NCBI RefSeq assembly: GCF_030144855.1
Contig: NC_082710.1
Coordinates: 171,802,001 to 171,866,000, forward strand
Source of the DNA: Hypanus sabinus
Taxonomy: Eukaryota
Direction of reading: 5' to 3'
Length of the DNA: 64,000 nt
Each line of letters begins with the position of its first letter. The first letter of the stretch is position 1. Positions 50,559 to 61,223 of the stretch are shown here, piece after piece. The notes under the pieces were generated by a model. The model was not told the origin of the DNA. It ran no database searches and saw only the letters and a list, made by a program, of their open reading frames with translations. The translations under genes were made by a program, and so were the position numbers.

Positions 50559-53500
50559 GTAAGTTCGTCTTATATTGCATTTATATCGTCGTTCGTTGCG
50601 CATTTCTCAACTTCTGCAATAAAGTGTACAGTACCTCAGTGCAAATTTAGACAAAGAAATTTGGAATATTGTTGACATTCTGATGGTGAAGAACATGTTG
50701 ACAAAATAATGAAAGGTAAATTAACATTGCAATCGACATAATCAAGATAATCTTTATCAGGGAGTACTAATCTAGTCTGATTGCAGGTAAACTCCCAAAA
50801 TCATTCTTACCCCACCAGAAAGATATCAAATAAACAGACGGGTGAAAGTGCTGGGATTGCTCAGCATTATATCGGAAACGGGTAGAAGTCAGTCCTAAGT
50901 GAGCTTACATTATCTTACCTTCACATTCAATGTTTTACCACCCTCATCAACATCTGCAAAGGAAAAAAAAAGAATTCGCATTTAAGCGTCAGATCTTTAC
51001 CGGAACATGGGGTGAAGGCTTTGAACGTGAGTACATGTGTAGTGGGAACAATTCAATGATGGGACAAGTGTAGTTGAATGGTTGAAGAGCCAGATGGTTG
51101 AGGGGTAAGAACTGGTCATGAAACTGGTGAAGTGTGTACTGAGGCTCATTTACCTTCTTCCCGCTGGCAGCGCGGTGGAGGATGTTGATGACGATGGATG
51201 CTGCTTTCCTGCCACAACGAATCGTGTACATGTGCTCAATAGACGGGAGTGTCTTACCCGTTATTCACTGGGTCGTATTGGCTACTTATTTGTAGGAATT
51301 TTCATTCGAGGGCATTGGTAGTTCCGTCCTAGGCTGTGATTCAGCCAGTCTACGTACTTTCCACCACATAACTTCACAAGTTTGTCAAATGTTTAGATGC
51401 TTTGTCGAAACTTGGCAAACTACTAAGGCAGTAGAGGAGCTACCATGCTTTCTCTGTAATGGGCCTTACTTACTGGGCCTAGGACAGAACCCCTGAACTT
51501 ATAGCACAGAGAAATTTAAAGGTTCTAACCCTCACTGCCACTGATCCTATGATGAGGACAGGATCATGGACTGCCGGTTTCCTCCTCCTGTAATCAATAA
51601 TCAGCTCATCGTTCTCGCGGTCATTGTGCGAGGTTGTTGCTAGTAAAGTTGAGTATGACATTGGTGCTGTGCTCTGCCTTATAGTCATGAATCTAAAGTC
51701 ATTAGTGCAGGAGCTAAGCCCACAGACTTGTGGTGCACCTGTGTCGATAGAGATTGTGGAAATGCTGTTACCAATCCGAAATGACTGGGTTCTGCAAGTG
51801 AGAAAATCGGGGACCCAATTGCACCAACGAGGTATAGAGGCCAATGTCGTGAAGAATATTCAGCAGTTTTGAAGGGAGATTTGTATTGAATGGGGAGGTG
51901 CAGTCGAGAAAGAACATTCTTGCTGTATGCATTTTGCTGTCCATATGTTCCAGGGTTGAGCGATGAGAGAATGAAAAGACGCCTGCTGTGCAACTGTTGT
52001 GCAGGTAGGCAAAACAAGGCATTTCCTAGTCGCTTCTGAGGTCCGAAATGCTGTGTTTCCTCACTATCCTCCCATGTAAATGCAACCTGATGACAGTTGT
52101 GGAGGCAGGCTACAATGCTCTTCTTAGTCATCAGTATAACTGTATGCTGCTCGAAGCAGATGAATAAATCAGACTGCAGAATTGAGGAGTAGAGGATCTG
52201 AGGAAATATTCCAGGCAGATGATCAGCACAGTTGCTCAGTACACATCTAGGTATCCACCTACGCGCGATGCTTTCCCGTGTGTTCCCCGTCCGGAAGAAT
52301 GCTTTGAGGTCGGCCCCAGAGACTGAATTCACAGGGACACCGAGAGTGCTGGAAACTCATGAGGGTACATTCAGGCTTTGACGTTGAAAGGGAGCATAGA
52401 AGGAATTGTGCCCATCTGGCAGCGAAGCAGTGTTGTCACCTATGTCACCTGGCTTCACTTTGTAGAAGAAGACGTGATTTAAGTCCCAGCTGTCGAGGAA
52501 ACCTCAACAAGTCAAATGCAGTTAGGAATGTGTGCTTCGCACGTACGATGTCTTTCCAAGTTCGTACCTAGACCTCTTGTGTCTTACTTGGCCGCCGGGC
52601 CTGTATGCCACTGATCTGGCTCTCGGCAGATTGTGGATTTTATGTTTCACGCAAGGCTTCTGGTTAGGGAAGACACTGAAGGACTTTGAGGGGACATCTC
52701 TTCTACAAGCTAGCTATAGTCATTCAGATCTCAGATGACTCATTCAAAACGGTCCAGTCCTCCGACTCGTAGGAGATAACCATTTAATTTCCTCCCACTA
52801 CCACTGGCAATGGCAAATTGCACAGCGGGAAGCAAGCACAAGAAGGACGTGCTCCATATTTGGTAGGAACATACGGAGTGTTGCAGAGCTGAGGGTCCTT
52901 AGGACATAAGTGGTTAGAATCCTGAAAATGGCCGCGTCAGATTATAGGGTGGATTTTAGGGATGCTTGCCCTCATTATTGTGTCGTTCGTTATAACAGTT
53001 GTGTTGTCAGGTTACAGCTGCTTAAAACATTGTCAGCGGTTTTAGTCCCCACATTATAGGAAGCATACGATTGAGTTGGATGAGATCCAGACAAAGCTGA
53101 TTAAATTAGGAGGGAAAGAATTGGTGCGTCTGTGTTAAGTCAAGTCAGTTACTATGTGCACGTATACCGTCAAACGAGACAACTTTTCACCGAACCAGGG
53201 TTGAAAGCACTGCAGATAGTATCTTATGAAGCACAGACGGCATCTACAGGTGGAATACACATAAATAAACAAACTAAAGTGCAGAAATTAAATACTGTAA
53301 AGTGCAGAGCAGATTAACCAGTGACATTTTGAATCCCATGCAGCAGAGAGTTCAGAAGCCTAATGGCCCGAGGGCAGAAAATGTATCCGATCCTGATCTG
53401 TCTTTTTTTATGCATCGGAGTCTCCTGCCTAATGGTAGAAAGTCATAGAGGATGCTGGATGAATGGATGGAATACTTAATAATAAGGAGCTCTGTGTACG

Positions 53501-53960
53501 CAGGCTCCTAACACTAAGGACTCTGCGTATGCAGCGCTCCTGATACTTTGAATGGTAGGGAGACCCCTATGATCCGCTCAGCCGTTCCCACAGTCCTTTA
53601 TGGAGATTTCCGGTCCGATGCTCGGCCGATCCTATACGAAGTTGAGATGCAACTGCTCAGTAAGAGAAACGATGATATACCTTTATGGTAAGATTTAGGA
53701 ACTTTTCAGATCTAAAGGGATCTTTTTCAGTATCGAAAGAGTTGTTTTTCAGCAGAGGACGGTTAGAAACTGGGGAGTACTGCCTGAAGAGGTGGTGGGG
53801 ACAGGTACTTTAAGAAGCATCCAATACTTTAAATCCCACAGCACAGAAGCCTTTGGACTAAATATGGGTAAATGAGATCAGCGTAGCTATGAGCAACTGG
53901 TGGCTTTAACATGTTGAGCCGAAAGAAAATATGAAACAATGGTATTATTTCTGGTTACAG

Positions 53961-54302
53961 GAACTACAACAACTATCGGAATAATCAAACAATCGCCAGA
54001 GCAAATCACGTTTGCTGAAGGAGGCACAGCGCAGCTGAATTGTACTTACATCAGTAAAATAAACGATATAAAGAAGCCGGTCGGAGCCATTATCTGGTAC
54101 AAAGACGAGGAAAACCGTACAGTTTGCAACAGCTGCACCGGGTTTCACGGTCGCGTAAGGACTAACAGTCTACAGGGAGTTCTAAGCCAATCTGTACAAA
54201 TCATCAACGTCAGAATGAACGATACAGGGAAGTATTACTTTCGAGCACACCTTCTCGGGAAGGGAGTTCAGCTTGGAAAAGGGGCACAAGTTACAGTGAC
54301 AC
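53961..54302 (+). CDS. NCR3-like: V5: most divergent V exon; F-strand Cys>Phe and a new CNSC motif
   Basis: Intact AG/GT, 342 nt, open frame; YYF (ttt 54239-54241); TGC at 54125 and 54134. Confidence 0.8.
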
Positions 54303-54739
54303 GTAAGTTCGTCTTATATTGCTTTTATATTCGACGTTCGATGCACATTTCGCAACATCTGCAATAAAGTGTATCTCAATGCAAATTTAGACAAAGAAAT
54401 TCGGAATGTTATTGACATACTGACGGTGAATTAAATGTTGACAAAATAATGAAACGTAAATTAACATTGCAATCGACATAATCAAGTTAATTTTTATCTG
54501 GGAGTGTTAATGCAATCTGTTGGCAGGAAAACACCCAAAATCAGTCACACACCCGCCGAAAAAAATCAAATAAGCAGACGGGTGAAAATGCTGGGATTGC
54601 TCAGCATCATCTCGGAAACAGCAGTCGTCAGTCATAAGTAGGCTTACGTTGTCTTACCTTCACGTGCAGTGTTTTACCACCCTCATCAACATCCGCAAAG
54701 GAAAAAAAATGAATTCGTATTTAAGCGTCAGAGCTTTGG

Positions 54740-57700
54740 AATATATGACTATAGGACCACCAAATGTAGGAACAGAATTAGGCCATCTGGCTGATTCAGT
54801 ATTCCTCTCAGCCCCAATCTCTCGCCTTTTTCCTTATTCCTCCATGCCCTGATCAATCGAGAACCTAGGAATTTCCGCCTTAAATATAAATAAAGGCTTG
54901 GCCTACACATAATTCCACAGATGCTCTACTCTGTGGCTAAAGAACTTCCTCTTCATCAGTGTTTTAAAAAGACGACCCTCGATTCTGGGAGCGAATCCTC
55001 TGCGCACTCCCACCAGAGCACATATCTTCTTCACATTCTCTCTATCGAGGCTTTTCATCATTTGATAGGTTTCAATTAGGTCACCCCTCATTCTTCTGAG
55101 TTCTAGTAAATACAGGCTCAAAGCCAACAAACGGTCTTCATACATCAAGCCATTCAATCCTGCATTCATTTCCATCTTCCTCCTTTGAACCATAGCACAT
55201 TACAGCATAGAAACAGGCCCTTTGGCCCTTCTTGGCTGTGCCGAACCATTTTGCTGCCTAGTCCCACTGACCTGCACCTGGCTCATATCCCTCCATACAG
55301 CTCTCACCCATGTACCTGTCCAAGTTTTTCTTAAATGTTAAAAGTGAGCCCGAATTTACCACTTCATCTGCCAGCTCATTCCACACTCCCGCCACCCTCG
55401 GTGTGAAGAAGTACCCCCCCATGTTCCCTTTAAACATTACCTCCGTCACCCTTAACCCATGTCCTCTGTTTTTTTTTCTCCCCTAGCTTCAGTGGAAAAA
55501 TCCTGCTTGCATTTATTCTGTATATACCCATCATAATTTTTAATACCTCTATCAAATCTTCTCTCATTCTTCTCGGCTCCAGGGAATAAAGTCCTAACCT
55601 ATTCAACTTTTCTCTGTAACTCAGCTTCTCAAGTCCCGGAAACATCCGTGTAAACCTTCTCTACATTCTTTCAACTTTATTAATATCCTTTCTGTAATTT
55701 GGTGAGCAAAGCTGAACAGAATACCCCAGATTCGGCCTCACCAATGTCTTATACAACCTCACCATTACATTCCAACTCTGATACTCAATACTTTGATTTA
55801 TAAAGGCCAATGTACCAAAAGATCTCTTTAGGAGCCTATCTACACGTGACGCCACATTTAGGGAATTTTGCATCTGTATTCCCAAATCCCTCTGTTCTAC
55901 TGCACTCTCCAGTACCCTATCATTTACCTTGTTTGTTTCACCTTGGTTTGTCCTTCCAAAGTGCAATGCCTCACACTTGTCTGTATTAAAATCCATCTGC
56001 CATTTTTCAGCCCATTTTTCCAGCTGGTCCAAATCCCTCTGCAAGGTTTGAAAACCTTGCTCACTGTCCACTACACCTCCAATCTTTGTATCATCAGCAA
56101 ATTTGCTGATCCAGTTTATCACATTATCATCCAGATCATTGATATAGATGACAAATAACAATAGACACAGCACTGATCCCTGTGGAAGACCGCTAGTCAC
56201 AGTCTCCACTCAGAATAGCAATCCTCCACTACCACACTCTGGCTTCTCCCGTTCAGCCAATGTCTAATCCAATTTACTACCTCACCATGTATATCTAGCG
56301 ACTGCATCTTCGTAAGTAACCTCCCATGTGGGACCTTGTTATAGGCCTTGTTATAGGTCCGTGTAGACAACATCCACTGCCTTCCCCACCTTGGATTCCA
56401 TCTACCACTCCTTTGCTCATTCTTCTAATCTCTCTGCTCTTTTGCTGCCTCTCTAAATCATCCATCCTACTTGCCCCTCCATTTGTCTCATACCTCCGCA
56501 AACTTTGCAATCCCTTCATCAAAATCATTGACCTATAATGTTACAAGAGTCGGTCCATCCCAGACCCCTGTGGAACACCACTGGTTACCGGCAGCCAACC
56601 AGAAAAGGCCCCTTATTCCAGTTCATTGCCTCCAACCAATCAACCACTGCTCTATCTATGCTAGAGTACTTCCCTTTTCTTCCTTGGGCTCGAAACTTCT
56701 AAAGAATCCTCATTTGTGGCACCTTGTAAAAGGCCTTCTGAGAATCCAACTGTACAACATTAACCTTTGTCTATCCTGCTCGTTATGTCTTCAAATAATT
56801 CAAAACGGATTTGTCAGGCAAGCTTTTCTTATCGCGTGCCTCCAAGTATCCTGCTCATCCTTATATTCGACACCAACATCTTCCTAATCACTGAGGTCAG
56901 ACTAACTGGCTTTAATTTGCTTTCTCCTGTCTCACAGTGGAGTGATATTTGCAATTTCTATTCCTTTGGAATCATGCCAGAATCTAATGATCTATTAATG
57001 ATCATTACTAATGCCTCCACAATCTCGTCGGCCACCCCTTTCAGAACACTGGTGTGTACAGGTAACTTCTGGTCCAGGTTACCTTTCTCCCTACGGCCCT
57101 ATCAATTTCTCAAGAACCTTTTCTCTAGTATTAATAACTTCATACACATCATGACCGCTGACACTTGGGACGTCCACGATACTGCTGGTGTCTTCCACAG
57201 TGCAGACTGATGCAAAATACTTATTCATTTCGACCTCTATTTTCTTGTCGTCCATTACCACCTCTCCGCATTGTGTTCCAGTGGTCCGAAATCCATTCGG
57301 AACTCTCCTTTACACTTTATGCATCTGAAGAAATTTTTAGCATCCTCTTTAATTTTATGGGCTAGCTTACTTTCGTATTCCATGTTTACCTTCTCAGTGA
57401 CTATATTCGTTGCCTTCAGATGTCTTTTAAAATCTTTCCAATCCTCTAACTTTCCACTGATTTTTGTACCTCCTTTGGATTATATGCTGGTTTTGACTTC
57501 TCTTGTTGTGTTATCTCGCCTTTAGAATACGTTTTCCTCTTTGAGATGTATATATCCTGTGCCTTTTGAATTGCTTCCAGACATTCCAGGGATCGCTGCT
57601 TTGCCGTCATGCCTGCCTACTTTCTTTCCTAATCAATTCTGACTAACATCTCTCTTATGCCCCCTCTTCTACTGTAATACCGATACATCTGACATCATCT

Positions 57701-58860
57701 TCACCGTCTCAAATTTCAGGATTAATTGCATCATATTATGATCACTTTCCCCTAAGGGTTCTTTTACATTAAGCTCCCTAATCAATTCTGGCTCATTGCC
57801 CATCACCCAATCCAGAAAATCTCTTCCCCTACTGCGTTCAACCACGAGCTGCTCTAAAAAGCCATCTCGTAGGCATTCTGGACACTCCTCCTCTTGGATA
57901 ACAGCACCAACCTGATTTTCCCAATCTACCTGCATATTGAAGTTCCCTATCACTGTGTAAAACTGCGCTTTTAGTATGTATTTTCTATCTTCCGTTGTAA
58001 TTTGTAGACCACATCCTTACTATTGTTTGGAAGTCGGTATACAACTCCCATCAGGGACCTCTTACCCTTGCATTTTCTTAGCTGTAAAAACAATGATGCA
58101 ATATCTTCCGACTTCATGTCATTTTTCTTTTCTTTTCCAATCTTTTTACTAATATCAACATCTTGAGATAAGAAAAAATGATACATAATTATTGGGATTA
58201 CAAAATTAAAATGAACATAAAAGAGTACATAAATAAAAAGTACAATAAAGTTAAGTCAACCAAAATCATACATGATACAAATGTAATATGAACAAGACAA
58301 AAAATACAAACTAGGTATATCAATATGAAAAGATTTTATGCCCTCCCTAATACACCAAATCCTGACCCAGCTATTAAAATGTATAAGCTTCCTACTTCTG
58401 GCCTCATTAGCAGGTGGCACAGGTAGTAATCCTACGATCGCAATCCTAAGGTGCTGCCCAATTTATCACACTACTCCCTGAACTCCCTATGCAGACCCTC
58501 GTCACTCGTCCTACCATATCATTGATACCTTCATGGACCAACACCTCTGGCTGTTCACCCTTCCAGATAAGAATATCGAGGACTCGATCCGATATGTCCC
58601 TGGCACCCGAAAGGCAGCATGCCTTCCGGCAATCCCGTTTTCGTCAACAGAACTATCTATCCGTTACTCTAGTAACGAACCCTTATCTCCCGTCTTCCCT
58701 TCTGAATCACTGAACCGGACTCAGATCCCGCCTCTGTGACTTTCGTCTGTTAGGCCAACACCTGCCCCACCCCGCCCACCAAAATATCCGAAGTAATATG
58801 CCTATTGTTGCGGGGGATTGCCACAGGGGTATGCAATACCTCGTTAACCTCCATTCCACG
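54740..58860 (-). mobile_element. Stacked antisense CR1 LINE fragments in the V5-TM intron
   Basis: Minus ORFs with SGLPQGSVL..FVIYINDLD..ISKFADDTK (55661-56209), endonuclease GNFN..DW and LDWVMGNE..PLGESDHN (57669-57953); CR1 tails at about 54745 and 55195. Confidence 0.88.
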
Positions 58861-59315
58861 TCTTTAATGTTGGAGAATCGTATGAAATCGTATCAAATTG
58901 CGAAAATAACTCATGCCGCTTTGCATGGGGTTAGCAGATTGTAAAGGAAAACAAGGTAAAATCATACTTTTACACAGAGAACCGAGAAATTTGATGCAAG
59001 TCTAAGCCTTTTAAAAGAGCAATCCATGCCAATTTCTCTTTGTAACCTACTTTCTTTACATTTCCATCAACTCTACTACAGAGAAGGAGTGATTCATAGA
59101 TCTCATTTGTCAAGGTCAGGGTGGAAAATGAAGCACCCGGAGCAAACCCAGGCGCTTCATTATTAGCAATGATTAGCAATGGTCATAGTTAGCAATGATC
59201 GTACATGTCTATTTAAACTGAAAGAAGCACCTTTTCCCTGCTCAAAACCGAGCTGAAGTCGATAGGAATTGGTTGTGATTTGTTGGAGAATGTGATTTAC
59301 TTTTATTCTCAACAG

Positions 59316-59472
59316 CTAGGAACCCAACGGGATTTGGAAGGAGCTTGCGTTGGCAGATGACTGAAATGGGAGTAAAACTTGCAGTGTTTGTTTTCATCAA
59401 CAGTGTAACAGTTTTCGGCATCCGCACCTGGGAGACATATAGACCTCTCATTGCAACAAATCGAGCTAACAG
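59316..59472 (+). CDS. NCR3-like: Gene B TM exon: (P)RNPTGFGRSLRWQMTEMGVKLAVFVFINSVTVFGIRTWETYRPLIATNRAN(R)
   Basis: ttattctcaacag| acceptor, AG|GCAAGT donor, 157 nt; in frame with the phase-1 end of all V exons. Confidence 0.85.
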
Positions 59473-60462
59473 GCAAGTATTCATGGGAACACATTTAAAA
59501 AATTAACGACATGAACAGAGGAACGCTTTTGGCGCAGAATTTAGAAATTATAGCGGTACACAACATTTAATGGTTCAATACGGAAGTCAATTCTGGTCAA
59601 TTAATACAATAAAACCAAAAGGCATAACAGTAGAATTAGATCAATCGGCCCATGGAGTCTGCTCCGCCATTCGAACATGGCTGATTTATTATCCCTCTCA
59701 ACACCATACTCCTGTTTTCTCCCCTTATACTTTGACACTCTTGCTAAACAAATTCCTGTAAACCTCTGTTTTAAATAAACTCAATGAATGGGCCGCCTCA
59801 AGCGTCTGTGCCAATAAACTCCAGTGATTCTCCGGTTCTGGCTAAAGATGGTAAGATCTACTCTGCTCTGTATTTTCGTGTGTCACAGACAATTTTGGCA
59901 AAACATATCTAGGAGTGCTTTGCAGTTAATGTGTTTGTGTCTTGGTAATAATTATTTAAGACACTTTATTGAAATTTGAACAGATAATAAATTTGAAAAT
60001 GCTGCTTTGCCTGTCTTATCCATTATGGCTATTGGTAGTTGTTCAGCCAAGGTACTGAAATCAAACTCATCCTTTTCTTGTGGAAGCAATGTTTCCATGA
60101 ACGGTGACGAACCAAATCCATGACAGATAATCGGAAAACAAACAGAAAAAGCTTTGATTAGCTTTCCCCCTAAAACTCTAATTCCATCTACACAGTTCGC
60201 ATGAATTAGCATGCAACAATACAATTTAAATGGTCATTTAAAATATAAACGTTTTGAGGATGCCTGCTAAGTTAACAAAATTCGATTTAAAGAGTAATAT
60301 TCTCCTATATTCCAATCTAATGTAATATCTGAACACATTAGCGTTACTTTAACAAACAAATGATGTCTATGAAAATGGTAACTGGACAACTATGATGGAA
60401 TAAGTACGAAGAGCCTTATGACCTATTGTTACATTAAGATCTTATGCGCTTGGGTTTTTCAG

Positions 60463-60493
60463 GAGGATTGAGGGAAATATTCCACTTGTTTAG
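60463..60493 (+). CDS. NCR3-like: Gene B last coding exon: (R)RIEGNIPLV*
   Basis: tgggtttttcag| acceptor; identical to 10893-10923. Confidence 0.75.
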
Positions 60494-60893
60494 ATATCGG
60501 TAATCGCAGAAATAGGAAGATGGAGTTCACTGTGCATTACTTTGTTCCATCTGGAATTACAAAACCACGGAGATGAAGCACGCCTTTTTATCATGGTCCG
60601 GATTAAATTTAATTAGGTTGCGTTATGATCTGGACCATTGACTCTTTGTTCCCTTCAAATTCCGTTTCACGTGTCCCGTGAGGTTGGCAGTTAAGGTGAT
60701 CTACTCTCGACCCGAACCGGCAGCATATAAGCCCCTGGCTTTAACCGTTCGGGACGAGAGTGTTAAGAAGCCTTAGCAAGTCGCCGTTGCTACGACAAGC
60801 AAGAGCGATCCCGCCCGCATTGGAGTACCAGCATTTCGCCTTCTTCGCCAGAGTGGGTCCGGGCAAGGTCAAACTGCCAGGGGTGAGTTGAAT

Positions 60894-61207
60894 GCGGAGT
60901 TCTGGCTCGATGTTCATGCCCACTGTCCGTGTCTACCCCTCGAAGAGTCCCGGTTCGGTGCCTGAGTGGAAGGCGGAGTTCTGGCACGAAGTTCATGCCC
61001 AGTGTCTGTGTCTATCCCCCGATGAAGAATCCAGGCTCGATGCCTGAGTGGAAGGCGGAGTCTTGGCTCGACGTTCATGCCCATTGTCCGTGTCTACCCC
61101 TCGAAGAGTCCCGGCTCGGTGCCTGAGTGGAAGGCGGAGTTCCGGCTCGACGTTCATGCCCTGTGTCCGCGTCTGTCCCCTTGAAGAAGAGTCCCGGCTC
61201 GATGCCT
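60894..61207. repeat. 79-82-bp tandem repeat (4 copies) inside the LTR
   Basis: gcggagt...gttcatgccc...cctgagtggaag units start at 60894, 60973, 61055 and 61134. Confidence 0.9.
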
Positions 61208-61223
61208 GATCTGAAGGAGGAGT

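Larger units (their letters stand above)
39677..54735 (+). repeat. Five tandem units, each carrying one V exon (about 39677-43260, 43260-46100, 46100-47967, 47968-50997, 50998-54735)
   Basis: Shared blocks recur in order: antisense Rex1 fragment, spacer, gagttaagtcaa...gaaccagggttgaaagca block, old CR1 tail, V exon, post-V intron gtaagttcgtcttatattgc.... Units 2-4 have internal deletions. Confidence 0.9.

Noticed and set aside
60894-61207. CRISPR-like or coding repeat array
   Set aside because: Units are contiguous with no unique spacers, there are no cas genes, and the array lies inside a vertebrate LTR.
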